Positions 1 to 10,623 of a stretch of 64,000 bases of DNA are shown piece by piece. A program made the translations under genes and the position numbers. The notes beneath the pieces were generated by a model that was not told the DNA's origin, did not search any database, and worked only from the letters and a program-made list of their open reading frames with translations. The stretch comes from a virus: positions 50,885-114,884 of IMG/VR virus record IMGVR_UViG_3300045988_079583, one strand, 5' to 3'. Within the stretch, counting starts at the first letter, position 1; each line of letters begins with the position of its first letter.

Positions 1-617
1 TTCAAACGAAGTTCCTTACTTACTACTTCCAGTCTGTTGACAGCTTTTCCTGTTATTGGGTCTTTACGATACAAATCTTTTTGCATCTCTTGCTGGGTAA
101 ACCACAAACCCATCTTAACAATAAAGTTAAGCGTTAAGTGAGAATTGTCGAATAGTCCCAGAGAATCAAGACAAGCATCCATAACTAAACTTACTGACAC
201 TTCTCTAAATTCTACTGGAATACCATTAATAATATCCCCAATGGGATAAGTTTTAATGGTTTCATTAGTTAACACCTCTTTATTGTTCTGGATAATAGCC
301 TTCAAGTCTTCCAAACAGCGAGTATTGGTATATTGTTTTTCAGCTCTAAGCCATCTAATAAGAAGCTCAGCACGACATCTCTGAATTTGGTCAGACACTA
401 TGCCCAACAATGTTATACGACCCGGATTCTTAGTATCAGAATTGTATAGCATTTGTTCACAATGGTTATAAAACCGTCTCAATTGGTCATAATCAGCGTC
501 TACTAGTTTTACCTCTTCCTGGACCCCGTTTACTTTAGGACCTTTCCATACGTAACTATTGATGTCGTTTGCTTTATCATTTAAAGCTTCTTTCAGCTTA
601 TCTCCTAATACAGTCAT
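1..617 (-). CDS. hypothetical protein (gene start at 617, 3' end runs off window start)
   Basis: ATG at 615-617 on minus strand, open to position 1; first gene of dense minus-strand block. Confidence 0.45.
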   Translation of the reverse strand, partial: MTVLGDKLKEALNDKANDINSYVWKGPKVNGVQEEVKLVDADYDQLRRFYNHCEQMLYNSDTKNPGRITLLGIVSDQIQRCRAELLIRWLRAEKQYTNTRCLEDLKAIIQNNKEVLTNETIKTYPIGDIINGIPVEFREVSVSLVMDACLDSLGLFDNSHLTLNFIVKMGLWFTQQEMQKDLYRKDPITGKAVNRLEVVSKELRL

Positions 618-661
618 AAATTATTCTTTAATAATATTCCATAATTCATCTTATTTTAATG

Positions 662-985
662 TTAATCTAATAATATTTGCCCATTTTCAATCAACGGCTT
701 TTCGTGAATAAACTTCAGGAAAATTATATTCGTTTCTTTATATGGAACAAAATCTTTACCATCGTACCACTTATCGATGCCTTCTTCTACATACCTCACA
801 GTAACGTATCCGACATCTCCTAATTCCATAGAACACTGATTCCAGTTTGGGAACCTTACACACATTATATCTTTATAATCCAGATTATCGTATTCAAACC
901 TTTCAAAAACATAACTAGCATAGCCCATCCCGTCCTCATTTTTAGCAACAAATTTTACATGGTAAGTTACTTCTTTGGTTTCCAC
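662..985 (-). CDS. hypothetical protein
   Basis: 107-aa ORF in six-frame track, minus-strand operon context. Confidence 0.45.
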   Translation of the reverse strand: METKEVTYHVKFVAKNEDGMGYASYVFERFEYDNLDYKDIMCVRFPNWNQCSMELGDVGYVTVRYVEEGIDKWYDGKDFVPYKETNIIFLKFIHEKPLIENGQILLD

Positions 986-1139
986 ACATCGAATGTATTA
1001 ATATCCTCAAACATCTTGCAACCATAGGATGCAAAATCTCCTTGGAGCTTATCCATATTTTGGAGACATGGATAATTCTTACACCTAGTACAACTGCGTT
1101 CAGGATGTTTATAGTGAAAACCATCTTTGTCCTTAAACA

Positions 1140-1514
1140 TTATTTCAGTAATAGGCATAACAATATTAATACACATGAACCAGCAGCTCCGTATTTTATA
1201 ACGTTCTGCTTTCTCTTTAAAGACTTATTAAGACCTTCAATAGATCTATTTTTATCTTCGATTATGTTTCCATAATATAGTAACTGAACTCTGCGAACAG
1301 AATCCGTCCTTTCCCAACTCTTATTTATTAGTTCCAGATTAGTTATTTTGGTTTTCAATAACGGAACAGTCTCAGAAAGTTTCTGATGTTCAGCGAATAT
1401 CAGGTTCGCCGTCTTTAGCTGTTCTCCCGTTATTGTAACGGTCGATGTATTCTGAGAAGAAGCACAAATTGACGCTATCAGAACTAGACATAATAGTAGA
1501 TACTTTCTCATCAT
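1140..1514 (-). CDS. hypothetical secreted/lipoprotein-like protein
   Basis: 124-aa ORF with N-terminal hydrophobic signal-like segment MMRKYLLLCLVLIASICASS. Confidence 0.45.
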   Translation of the reverse strand: MMRKYLLLCLVLIASICASSQNTSTVTITGEQLKTANLIFAEHQKLSETVPLLKTKITNLELINKSWERTDSVRRVQLLYYGNIIEDKNRSIEGLNKSLKRKQNVIKYGAAGSCVLILLCLLLK

Positions 1515-1699
1515 ACTTCTTGTCTATATATTCAATCTTCTTCACAATGGAATCATTAACTATAAAGATACTATCTCTAATAATAGAATCTCGTACAATT
1601 TCTTGCACGTCTACTATAGGTAAGTCAAGGTGGCTCTTCCTAGAAGATAGTAAGTATATAATTAATAATCCCATTAGTATGATTGTAATATAACAGAGC

Positions 1700-2287
1700 T
1701 TAACCTTGTTCATTTAACTCAATGCCCATCGCCTTAGCCTTCTCTACAAGCTCGACGCATTTAGCAACATCTACGCTTCCGCTTTTAGCAGCATTGAATA
1801 TTTCTTTTTCAGAACCGTTCAAATTCTCTATTTCTTTCTTGACTGCTTCTTTTTTATCAAAGCGGGCTTTCATCTGGTTGTATCCCTTAATGATTCGTTC
1901 AGGGTTTTCTTTAATAAACCCTATTTCTTGTTTCAAGAACGCCTTAACCAGAGTTTTGTTAATCACACCTCTAGACTTAGTATAGATAGTAGGACACTTG
2001 GGATCATGCAAAGCCTTATTATAGGCATTAGCCTTTCCTCTCTCCTTATCAAACTCGTCGGTTGGGTGACATACACTAATGCCTACAGACACAATTCTGC
2101 AAATTTCTGCATAGTCAGGATCGTCTACGCAAATATAGCCATCTTCACTGGACCACCCAACTGAGAGTTTGTAGCCGTCTTCACTTTCCTCTGGAGATTG
2201 GCTCAGAGCGCACGCTACAATTTTATGTTCCTTACCCTTGAAATCTACAAATGAGTCAATCATGTACTCAATCACATCCTGTTTCAT
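1700..2287 (-). CDS. hypothetical protein
   Basis: 195-aa ORF, minus-strand operon context. Confidence 0.45.
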   Translation of the reverse strand: MKQDVIEYMIDSFVDFKGKEHKIVACALSQSPEESEDGYKLSVGWSSEDGYICVDDPDYAEICRIVSVGISVCHPTDEFDKERGKANAYNKALHDPKCPTIYTKSRGVINKTLVKAFLKQEIGFIKENPERIIKGYNQMKARFDKKEAVKKEIENLNGSEKEIFNAAKSGSVDVAKCVELVEKAKAMGIELNEQG

Positions 2288-2517
2288 TTTCTACAATTTT
2301 AAAACCGTTATTAATTAGATATTCTTCTGGAGCAAACTGTAATTCAAAGAACCTTCTTAGTGAATAATTCTTTTTCTTTACAGAAAGATTTTTCTTTTTT
2401 ATAGTAATCGGTTTACTAGAAGAAAAGTATTTCTCCTCCATTAGAGCCGCTCCCCAACTCCAAATTTGATAAATCGAACTACAATAGATAAACTTATCAT
2501 GTGTATATACAATTTGC

Positions 2518-2991
2518 TTATCCTTCTCGTAAGTCTTCCGTAAGGTCATTGTAAAACACTTTAATAGTTTTGAAAATAAATGAATTTTTTCTTGAATTAT
2601 AGCAATCGTTCCAGCTTCTACTCTGATAATGAGTTAAAAGTTCAGAGGCTTTTACTCCTGTATAAACATTTTTGCAGAAGCTACTATCGTCCTCACAGTC
2701 ACAAGAGTTTATTGTATACTCTCCTATACCTATGGCATAATGCCAATGACTACCTATTATTTCGCTAAATTTACCTCCAAGAAAATAATCTTCATAGATT
2801 ATAACTTTGAATTTAAATTTATCTCTACTAAGTAGCCTAGCTAAACAATATGCTATATAACAACAGCCTCCAGCATTAATGTCATACTCCTCATCCAGAA
2901 ACTTACAAAGCTTATTAAGCCTTTCCGCTAGAATCTCCTGCACTTCCGGTGATTTCGAGTTTAATCTCTTCTTTTGCCTTTTTAAACTCAT
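2518..2991 (-). CDS. hypothetical protein
   Basis: 157-aa ORF. Confidence 0.4.
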   Translation of the reverse strand: MSLKRQKKRLNSKSPEVQEILAERLNKLCKFLDEEYDINAGGCCYIAYCLARLLSRDKFKFKVIIYEDYFLGGKFSEIIGSHWHYAIGIGEYTINSCDCEDDSSFCKNVYTGVKASELLTHYQSRSWNDCYNSRKNSFIFKTIKVFYNDLTEDLREG

Positions 2992-3214
2992 CTAAGTACT
3001 GACCTAAAGTTATAATTTCATCTTTTCCGAATTTCTTTCTAGTTGCGTAGTTTATACAACGTTCTACAGCAGCCTCTAGTGAATAGCCATAGCCTTCCAC
3101 TTTAAATTCTTTTCTCGGATTTTTCCCTCCAATATCATATAGCAGCTCCAAGTCGAAACGAGGAGAAGCATCATTGATAGGGGTTAGCCTATAAAAGGAG
3201 CCTTCAATTATCAT
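2915..3214 (-). CDS. hypothetical protein
   Basis: 99-aa ORF overlapping neighbours by short stretches. Confidence 0.35.
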   Translation of the reverse strand: MIIEGSFYRLTPINDASPRFDLELLYDIGGKNPRKEFKVEGYGYSLEAAVERCINYATRKKFGKDEIITLGQYLDEFKKAKEEIKLEITGSAGDSSGKA

Positions 3215-3581
3215 TTTCTATTTCTTTAATAAGATTTTCGATGAAGTCTGCTCTGTTCTGTATAGCTTCATATAGTTCATCTAGACTTTCAGCAATATAG
3301 ATAGCACAATAAGTATATTGGTTTATACACGGGACACTAAACTTATTTACATTATCCTTGTTCCAAGAATATAAACACCCAGTGCAATCTGGGTCTCCAG
3401 CCTCATAACCGCATTCGTTGCATAAACAGCAATTTCTAAGACTCCCAAATCCAGTTATCCTAGATAACGCCTCATGCCAGTAATCATCGTCCTCATGCGC
3501 ATTGCTTTCAAGTTCCTCTCTTGTAATACTTCTATACTTTTTTACAAGACGTCTTGCAGCGTCTAAATTCTTTATTTGCAT
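3204..3581 (-). CDS. hypothetical Cys-rich protein
   Basis: 125-aa ORF with clustered Cys (CCLCNECGYEAGDPDCTGC). Confidence 0.4.
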   Translation of the reverse strand: MQIKNLDAARRLVKKYRSITREELESNAHEDDDYWHEALSRITGFGSLRNCCLCNECGYEAGDPDCTGCLYSWNKDNVNKFSVPCINQYTYCAIYIAESLDELYEAIQNRADFIENLIKEIENDN

Positions 3582-4384
3582 ACATCTATTACTGTTAAGT
3601 TATTATTACTAGGCTGATATTCATAATCACAGTATGAATTAGTTATCGTAACATGGTCAAAATTGTTACACAACTTTTTCAAGCCTTCTATATTTACAGC
3701 ATGGCAAACTATAATCTCGAATCTATAGTTAGGATACTTTTCTTTAAGAACTTTAAGTTCTCCAAGGAATGTTCCTCCAGCATCGCACAAATCATCAATG
3801 AATACAAACGTAGAATAGTAACAATTTACATTTCTACCTATAGAGAATTCCTTGATTTTTCCAGTTTCTAAGTCTCTTGTCTTATTGAACACTAAATGTC
3901 CCCATACCTTAGAGTACTCCCTGTATCTCTGATACGCTCCAGCATCAGGGAATACAACATTAGATTGTTGTGGTATATAGCTTCCATAATTCAATTCTTG
4001 ACACCAACATCTAGAACCTAGAAGATTCTTTGCTCTGTTAGAGTGAGCCTCTAAAATACAGACTGAACGATAGTTCATTCCATTTAAGATATTGCACACA
4101 ATTTTCAGAGAAAATGGACGGTTAAAATCCATTACCCTATCCATACGCATAGACATTAGATAGGTAATAAATAAGTCCCACTCAATTTCTTGTCTGTCTA
4201 GAATATCGCCAACTTGAGCTAACAGAAACAATTCTTCGGCAGAAGTAATTCTACACATAACCTTTACCGAATCTTTCCTTTCAAATTCGTCTGGAAAACT
4301 TATTTGAGGCTCTCCGTCAGGGAATGTAGTGAGGTCATACTTAATCTCACTTTCATCCCAATTAATTAAGTTTAATAATTTCAT
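3572..4384 (-). CDS. prs: ribose-phosphate pyrophosphokinase (PRPP synthetase)-like phosphoribosyltransferase
   Basis: PRPP-binding loop VFIDDLCDAGGTF near C-terminus; N-terminal region resembles Prs N domain (FPDGEPQISF... cf. FSDGEVSVQI); adjacent to nadV. Confidence 0.55.
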   Translation of the reverse strand: MKLLNLINWDESEIKYDLTTFPDGEPQISFPDEFERKDSVKVMCRITSAEELFLLAQVGDILDRQEIEWDLFITYLMSMRMDRVMDFNRPFSLKIVCNILNGMNYRSVCILEAHSNRAKNLLGSRCWCQELNYGSYIPQQSNVVFPDAGAYQRYREYSKVWGHLVFNKTRDLETGKIKEFSIGRNVNCYYSTFVFIDDLCDAGGTFLGELKVLKEKYPNYRFEIIVCHAVNIEGLKKLCNNFDHVTITNSYCDYEYQPSNNNLTVIDVCK

Positions 4385-4853
4385 CTACGACATATTTTAA
4401 GATTTCATAACTTTCTTCTAAGCCCGCCCTATCGTCTAGTAGAATATTGTAATAAGGCTTTCTAGAGTTCGGAAATAGTCTACTGCTTGTAAAAGGAGGT
4501 ATAATCATATCATTAATAAGATTTCCTATCCCCATTTGGACACACTCTACTTGTTTCTCTATAATTTTATTTTCGTTTTCCTCTGTAGAAAGTAAAATCA
4601 TTTCAAAACCTAACATAGTACAACGTCTCAGTAGATTAATAACACAACTATAATCTCCTCCAGTATTATGATAGTCGAAGATAGTGTTATCAAAGTCGAA
4701 AGCGACTATTAGCTTTCCGTATTTCTTATACTCTTCTAATAGTCGCTTCTTACAAGCCTCTTTTCCAAATGGATGGTTAAAACTTTCCATGTAATCCATT
4801 ATTAATTCTTTGCCTGATATCCTGTAGAGAATACTCCTTTTTAAGGATACCAT
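4362..4853 (-). CDS. HAD-superfamily hydrolase/phosphatase
   Basis: HAD motif I FDFDNT (DxDxT) in 163-aa ORF. Confidence 0.45.
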   Translation of the reverse strand: MVSLKRSILYRISGKELIMDYMESFNHPFGKEACKKRLLEEYKKYGKLIVAFDFDNTIFDYHNTGGDYSCVINLLRRCTMLGFEMILLSTEENENKIIEKQVECVQMGIGNLINDMIIPPFTSSRLFPNSRKPYYNILLDDRAGLEESYEILKYVVDEIIKLN

Positions 4854-6339
4854 CTTCGAACACAGCCTCTAAACAGCCTCCCTCTTCTACTTCAGGACTT
4901 ACTTGGTCTTCCGCGTAGTAGACACCGTTGACATCCTGATAAACGGCAATTAACCCTTTCAAAGAGTTCTTAGTCCCATCATCAGTTTTCGGATGTTTAA
5001 AGATTTCCTTCAATTCTCCATTGATTACACAAGCAGTAGCCTTAACTGCAAAGCCTAGACTATCTCTACTTGCATACTGATATGAGAATGAACCAACACC
5101 AAGAACAAGATTACAAGCTGCCATATGAGCATTTTCAAGTCTCATGTAGATTTGTTTCTGACGCTCTAAAGTAATAGAATCGCCATATAACAAGCCTATC
5201 TTAGTACTCGGATAACGATAGTCCTTGGAAGTAGTATTCCAGCCGAATATCTTACCAAGCATATAGTATGCTCCGTAATATTGACCTTCTGATACTTCTA
5301 CGTATTCTGCATCGTCATTAAACGGAGCATAACAGCAGTAGTATTTACCTTCCTTTATTCTTGTATTGAAATGAGGATTAGTTCTCAAACCACAAATAAT
5401 ATCTACCGGGTCTCCACTATCGGGACGAATAACTACACGACCGTCACGAGCCATAATGTCTTTCTTCAACTTAGGAAGGAAGTTTTCAACAACATTCCAG
5501 AAATCCCAAGTATCGGACACTATAGAAACAAACCCAGTAGGATATAACTCATTAATAAGACGTTTATATGTTCCTAACTCGTCCTCTTCTCCTCCTGCAC
5601 ACATTACCGAATGTTCAGTAGCCGGAACAGTAGCAGCAATTAATTCACTATCCGAATTAGCTCCATAATACTCTTCAAGAGCTGCAATAGCAGGAATAGT
5701 TTCACTTCCTACAAATGAAGTCATATGAGCCATACCAGAAATAACAGATGCTTCCAAACCAGCCATTCCTCTCATAGAGAAGTCATGACACAAGAAATCC
5801 AGGTTTACATCCTCCGGAAATCCAGTGTGTACTGAGTGTCTTTTGAGTTCTTTCTTATAGAGTCTTGCTCTAGTGGCAGAGGTACAAGGCATCCACAAAG
5901 TACAACTAATCAAAGTCTCTAGATAATTAGTTAACCAAAAGAACTCTGGTTTCGTATTAGTAATAGTCATCATAGGAACTCTAATAGGACATACTGAACC
6001 TTCTGGCAACGCTTTAATACGAATAGGGAGATATCCTAAATCATACAAAGCCTCAATATGTCTATATCCCACGGACTCAATTCCAACGAAGTTGTGGACT
6101 CTCCGATAAAACATTTCTATAGCTTTCTCTTTAGGCAATACAAAGAAATTCTTATTAAATTCGTCGATCAAATACTTTTTAATTAAATATTGGATTCCGA
6201 ATACTACAGAACCTTCGGTAGCTTCTGGAAAGTACTTGTTACTTCTCGGAGTCCAGTTACTATAAACTTGTTCAGTACCTTCTGGGTACATCCTGTGATG
6301 GCCTAATTTGTAACCATCTGTTGCATTAATTATTTCCAT
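4777..6339 (-). CDS. nadV: nicotinamide phosphoribosyltransferase (NAMPT/NadV)
   Basis: 520-aa ORF; N-terminal DGYKLGHH...YPEGT and overall NAMPT-family similarity recognised by eye; phage NAD+ salvage context. Confidence 0.75.
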   Translation of the reverse strand: MEIINATDGYKLGHHRMYPEGTEQVYSNWTPRSNKYFPEATEGSVVFGIQYLIKKYLIDEFNKNFFVLPKEKAIEMFYRRVHNFVGIESVGYRHIEALYDLGYLPIRIKALPEGSVCPIRVPMMTITNTKPEFFWLTNYLETLISCTLWMPCTSATRARLYKKELKRHSVHTGFPEDVNLDFLCHDFSMRGMAGLEASVISGMAHMTSFVGSETIPAIAALEEYYGANSDSELIAATVPATEHSVMCAGGEEDELGTYKRLINELYPTGFVSIVSDTWDFWNVVENFLPKLKKDIMARDGRVVIRPDSGDPVDIICGLRTNPHFNTRIKEGKYYCCYAPFNDDAEYVEVSEGQYYGAYYMLGKIFGWNTTSKDYRYPSTKIGLLYGDSITLERQKQIYMRLENAHMAACNLVLGVGSFSYQYASRDSLGFAVKATACVINGELKEIFKHPKTDDGTKNSLKGLIAVYQDVNGVYYAEDQVSPEVEEGGCLEAVFEDGILKKEYSLQDIRQRINNGLHGKF

Positions 6340-6352
6340 TCTAAAAATTATT

Positions 6353-6859
6353 TTAATAACTGATTGTTAATAAACTCTTCATGTTTTTACCGACAGCTAA
6401 GTTCTTAAAACATTGAGTAATAAACTCTTTTGTCTCTGGATGAATCGCTCTAGGAGCGCTAATATATTTAATCCACCAGTTGTATTCTCCCTGAAAACTA
6501 TTGCCACTATATACCTTGCCAGCAGCTAAATAATCACACACTAACTCTAATGCATATTCTCTAGGGATTTTCACTGGGACTCCACCAGAATCTAATTGAG
6601 TTACCCAATATTCATAATGATGTGGATTTCTTCCTCTATGATGTAAATAGGACCTAGAATAGCCCAGAATTTCTTTCTCCTTATTTAATGGAGATGTGTT
6701 ATCATCGTAAAATTTAACAGAGCGAGAAAATTCATACCATCCGAACTTAGATAAATCGTGCAAAATGCCCTGCCTGTATAGTCCTAATTGGAAGCAATAG
6801 TATGCAACCCAGAACTTATGCCTTAGTATCCTTCTTAAATGCTTTAATATCCGAATCAT
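6353..6859 (-). CDS. hypothetical protein (His-rich motif HHRGRNPHHYEYW)
   Basis: 168-aa ORF. Confidence 0.4.
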   Translation of the reverse strand: MIRILKHLRRILRHKFWVAYYCFQLGLYRQGILHDLSKFGWYEFSRSVKFYDDNTSPLNKEKEILGYSRSYLHHRGRNPHHYEYWVTQLDSGGVPVKIPREYALELVCDYLAAGKVYSGNSFQGEYNWWIKYISAPRAIHPETKEFITQCFKNLAVGKNMKSLLTISY

Positions 6860-7148
6860 ATAACGAATCTCCTAGGAAGTTAAGAATAGGGACATCTACT
6901 GTATAGTCTTCATTGTACACTGCAAATGCGTATACTACCCACGATGCTAGTGAGGCACCTAAACCAAGCGGAGGGATAATCAAACTAGCTACAACAATAA
7001 TAATAGTCCATCTAGGGATTTTTATTCTTGTAGCTTTAGAAGTTAACCAATTTACCTGGTAGGTGTAGTACAGACAGTAATATAGAAGTGCATAAAGTAT
7101 AAGCCCTATGCCGTCGCATATTAAATACACAAATTTAAGATCTTCCAT
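6816..7148 (-). CDS. hypothetical membrane protein
   Basis: 110-aa ORF with two to three hydrophobic helices. Confidence 0.35.
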   Translation of the reverse strand: MEDLKFVYLICDGIGLILYALLYYCLYYTYQVNWLTSKATRIKIPRWTIIIVVASLIIPPLGLGASLASWVVYAFAVYNEDYTVDVPILNFLGDSLYDSDIKAFKKDTKA

Positions 7149-7468
7149 ATCTTCTTTATAATTTTAGTCAGAACATTTCTACCTCTTAACGTATACTTGT
7201 GAGTATATCCGTCATTTCTGTTAGGATTCCACAAAGCATGGATTGCATAGTATATATAACCTACCATATATAGTACTATATTTAAGACAGGAACAAATCC
7301 CAGAACTATGATTAGTAATACTGCCCAGATTGGAACTTTAATGTCATACTCTTCGTCTATGTTAGCATAGTTGCTACTATACCCAGTCCAATAAACCGTA
7401 ACATGAGTATCTTTTAAGATAAGCACCGTGACGATTATCATCACAGTGCATATTATTAAGTACATCAT
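7121..7468 (-). CDS. hypothetical membrane protein
   Basis: 115-aa ORF, hydrophobic segments. Confidence 0.35.
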   Translation of the reverse strand: MMYLIICTVMIIVTVLILKDTHVTVYWTGYSSNYANIDEEYDIKVPIWAVLLIIVLGFVPVLNIVLYMVGYIYYAIHALWNPNRNDGYTHKYTLRGRNVLTKIIKKIWKILNLCI

Positions 7469-7470
7469 AG

Positions 7471-8295
7471 TTATTTCCCAGCTACATCCTTAAATAAGGT
7501 AGGAACAGTACCATAAGTAGGCAGTTTTCCATCCCACTTCTCCACAAAATTCTGTTGTACAATCAATGCAGATAAGGAAGCTGCAATCTTTCTGTTATAC
7601 TCAGCTTCTGCGTCTCCCTTAATTTTCAGAGCCTGAGCTGCTCCCTCTGCTTGGGCTACAGCCTTTTTAGCATTAGCTTCTACAGATTTAACCTCATTTT
7701 CTATCTTAAGAGCATCCTGCACCGCTTTATTTTTAGCATCAATAGCATCTACTAATGTCTTAGGATATTGAAGACCAGAAGTTAGCTGCTCAAGTTGGAA
7801 GTTTTCGGCAAGTAATTCTTTGCTTAATCTATCTTCTATAGATTTCTCAAACTCTTCTCTTTTGCTAACTAATTCATCAGTAGTATAATTATTGAGTTGT
7901 ATACGGAATGCGTTTTTAACATAGTTATATAATGTAGTATTTACGACATCAAGTATATTGTCTTTTCTGTATTTCTTAAATACCTCAGGTGACTTTCCAT
8001 CAACTATCTTAAGAGATATAGTAGGGTCAACAGTAAATGACGAACCATCCTTAGCGTTAATAGAAAAAGCCTCATAGTCCACAGTAAGCACATAGGTTGG
8101 GTATTCATATACAGCTGTGGTAATTGGATTATACCAAACAGCCCCCGTGACCAATGAGATGTCATCTACTCCTTTACCATCACCGTAAAGATTTACCTTG
8201 ATTCCTTCATGTCCAGCGTCTACCCGCTCGTAGCCGCAACTTGACAAACCAAATACTAGAGTTAATACACACAGAAACTTAATTATTGTCTTCAT
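7471..8295 (-). CDS. SPFH/band-7 (prohibitin/stomatin-like) lipoprotein
   Basis: signal peptide + lipobox-like LSSCG; central/C-terminal Ala/Glu/Lys-rich coiled region typical of SPFH proteins. Confidence 0.5.
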   Translation of the reverse strand: MKTIIKFLCVLTLVFGLSSCGYERVDAGHEGIKVNLYGDGKGVDDISLVTGAVWYNPITTAVYEYPTYVLTVDYEAFSINAKDGSSFTVDPTISLKIVDGKSPEVFKKYRKDNILDVVNTTLYNYVKNAFRIQLNNYTTDELVSKREEFEKSIEDRLSKELLAENFQLEQLTSGLQYPKTLVDAIDAKNKAVQDALKIENEVKSVEANAKKAVAQAEGAAQALKIKGDAEAEYNRKIAASLSALIVQQNFVEKWDGKLPTYGTVPTLFKDVAGK

Positions 8296-8732
8296 CTTTT
8301 TTATTTTTAAAATGTTTTTTGAAATGTTTAATAGTCCTATAGACTAGACTAGGAATTGCTATAAATAATAACAATAGTCCTCCAAGGTTTGCAACCCATA
8401 GGGACTGAGATAATAACCACAGTCCCATATTATAGGCTACAAAAACTAATACTATGGCAATAAATGCCTTAATTAGGTTTTTCTCGACCATAAAATAATA
8501 TATTCTCTATTGCTTTTCTTATTATACCACAGTAGTACACTATCCTCCGCAATATCTACATAAGGATCATAGTAGATATATGCAATGAATAGTAAGCATA
8601 TAATTATAAACGCAATCATAAATCACCGAGTTTTTACAGAACCTGGTCTAGTGGTAGCAGCTTGAAAATCCTTCCCTTGCTTATCCCACCATGCTTGCTT
8701 TGATTTCAACCAAGCTACTCTTTTCTTGTACT

Positions 8733-9749
8733 TCATTGCTCAGAAACTATTACAATTCTGTTAAATTCATTATCTCCAAAATCAGTAGTAACTCCACACC
8801 CCTTTACTGTAAGTTTGTCCTCTGGAGCACCATAGTTAACCAGAGCCTTCTTCATAGATTCCGCTCTAGCATTAGCTAATTTGTTGTTGAAGTCGATAGG
8901 TCCCTCTTCAGAAGCATATCCCTCTATAACATATGACTTACCACTATTTGCTATGTAAGCTGCTAATTCAGACACAGCAACATTAGAAGTAGCGGATATT
9001 TCAGAGGAGTTTTGTAAGAATTGGATTTTAGGAGTAAGTAATTCTACCTTAGTAATTTCTATGGTATCTACCTTAACTACCTCAACAGGTTTGCGAGCCA
9101 TAAGTTCATTATTCTTCTCTCTCAATTCATTAATAGACGCATTTAAGCTTTCTATTTCCGAATCATTATAAAGTTTCATAACTGGGAAATTCCCTTTGCT
9201 CGACTTAAATCTGTAAGTAGCTCCTACATAAACATTGATTTCTTGGTTTAATGGAGTAGTTTTAGGAAGTAGCATATATTCTGGGGTTATATTTAACGCC
9301 CACGTATCAGTAATGTTGAAATTACATCTTACTGCACCACGCGCAGATACATTGTTATAGACGTACCCATAGGTATGATACCAACCTGCTCCTATAATCA
9401 ATACTGGTTCAAACAGACGTCTATTGCCTTCATAGCCACATACCAAATTACTAAGATTGGTAGTAACATTAGCCGTAAGGTTGTGTGAATCAAAGAATGT
9501 CTTATTTCCCTGATTCATACCAGCTACCATGTCTAATTCTAGGCCAAAGATAGGTGTAATTTCTTTACCTACAGCAATATTCACCAGAATATCATTAGGT
9601 TCAGCCCAACTTCTCTGATTGTCCCAAACTGTAGTTCCAACATTGCCGGAAATATACCAATTGTCTTTCAAACTTCCGGTTTCTACAACTTGTGCACTTA
9701 CAAACGCACACATTAAACACAAACAAATAATACTAAAAATTTTCTTCAT
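8733..9749 (-). CDS. OmpA-like outer-membrane protein
   Basis: N-terminal signal peptide, beta-strand-rich body, C-terminal OmpA-like peptidoglycan-binding motif (YASEEG...NxxLAxxRAES). Confidence 0.5.
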   Translation of the reverse strand: MKKIFSIICLCLMCAFVSAQVVETGSLKDNWYISGNVGTTVWDNQRSWAEPNDILVNIAVGKEITPIFGLELDMVAGMNQGNKTFFDSHNLTANVTTNLSNLVCGYEGNRRLFEPVLIIGAGWYHTYGYVYNNVSARGAVRCNFNITDTWALNITPEYMLLPKTTPLNQEINVYVGATYRFKSSKGNFPVMKLYNDSEIESLNASINELREKNNELMARKPVEVVKVDTIEITKVELLTPKIQFLQNSSEISATSNVAVSELAAYIANSGKSYVIEGYASEEGPIDFNNKLANARAESMKKALVNYGAPEDKLTVKGCGVTTDFGDNEFNRIVIVSEQ

Positions 9750-9767
9750 AATTACATTAATTAAAAT

Positions 9768-10202
9768 TTAATCCCACCAAGTTCTCATACGTTCAAACTT
9801 AAGTTTGTTGTACAAGTACCAGGCTTTTTCTCTTCTCAAAGAGTCTTGGAGAATAGGTTCGCTCCAATCGAGATCAGCAGCTTTAGGACGGAATCGTTTC
9901 CAATTCTTAATGTTTATGTGCCTATCTACAAATCCTTTAGACCTCGGTCTGAAATCACAGTGATAGGCAGAATCTATCTCTAACACAATGTCCAAGAGTC
10001 CTAGTGCTAGTTTTAGATCCCTTTCAACAAATTCATTACCTTCAGCAATTCTAGATACTTTGAAGTATTCATACATTCTGATTAAGGCTTGCTTCTCTAG
10101 TGAGAGCACGAAACCATAATCAAACGGATAGAACTTCATAGCCTCTTTAATGAGCTTCTTGTTCTTACTCTTTCTTAGTTTCATATTCTTGACTTGCTTC
10201 AA
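9768..10202 (-). CDS. hypothetical protein
   Basis: 144-aa ORF. Confidence 0.4.
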   Translation of the reverse strand: MKQVKNMKLRKSKNKKLIKEAMKFYPFDYGFVLSLEKQALIRMYEYFKVSRIAEGNEFVERDLKLALGLLDIVLEIDSAYHCDFRPRSKGFVDRHINIKNWKRFRPKAADLDWSEPILQDSLRREKAWYLYNKLKFERMRTWWD

Positions 10203-10623
10203 CTGCTAATTTATCTGCGAGATTATTCATCTGAGAAAAGAAATCAGAATTGGAGGTATGTCCTTTTACCCAACAAAAGTTTATACTAGGACAGAATTTT
10301 TCTGCCTTTTCTAAAACCTTGTCATACAAATTCCATAGTTCCACATTCTTTTTCCTTTTCCATCCTTTAGTAGCACATCCTATAACGTACTGAGAATCTG
10401 AATAGATAGTAAGAGATTTAAGTTGACTGCTTACTGCATTAAGGGCATATATTACTGCTAACAACTCACATTTGTTATTAGTAGTATTAGGAATCATTTT
10501 GCTAAATTCATAGACTTTTTCTCCATCAATTACAAATACGACTCCTACCCCTCCAGTGTTTCTAGACGAACTAAAAGCTCCATCAGTGAAGACTTCTAGA
10601 ACCTTATTGGATTTCTCCATCAC
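10165..10623 (-). CDS. rnhA: ribonuclease HI
   Basis: TDGA...ELLAVIYAL...YSDSQYV...WVKGH...NNLADKLA pattern matching RNase H catalytic motifs. Confidence 0.7.
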   Translation of the reverse strand: MMEKSNKVLEVFTDGAFSSSRNTGGVGVVFVIDGEKVYEFSKMIPNTTNNKCELLAVIYALNAVSSQLKSLTIYSDSQYVIGCATKGWKRKKNVELWNLYDKVLEKAEKFCPSINFCWVKGHTSNSDFFSQMNNLADKLAVEASQEYETKKE

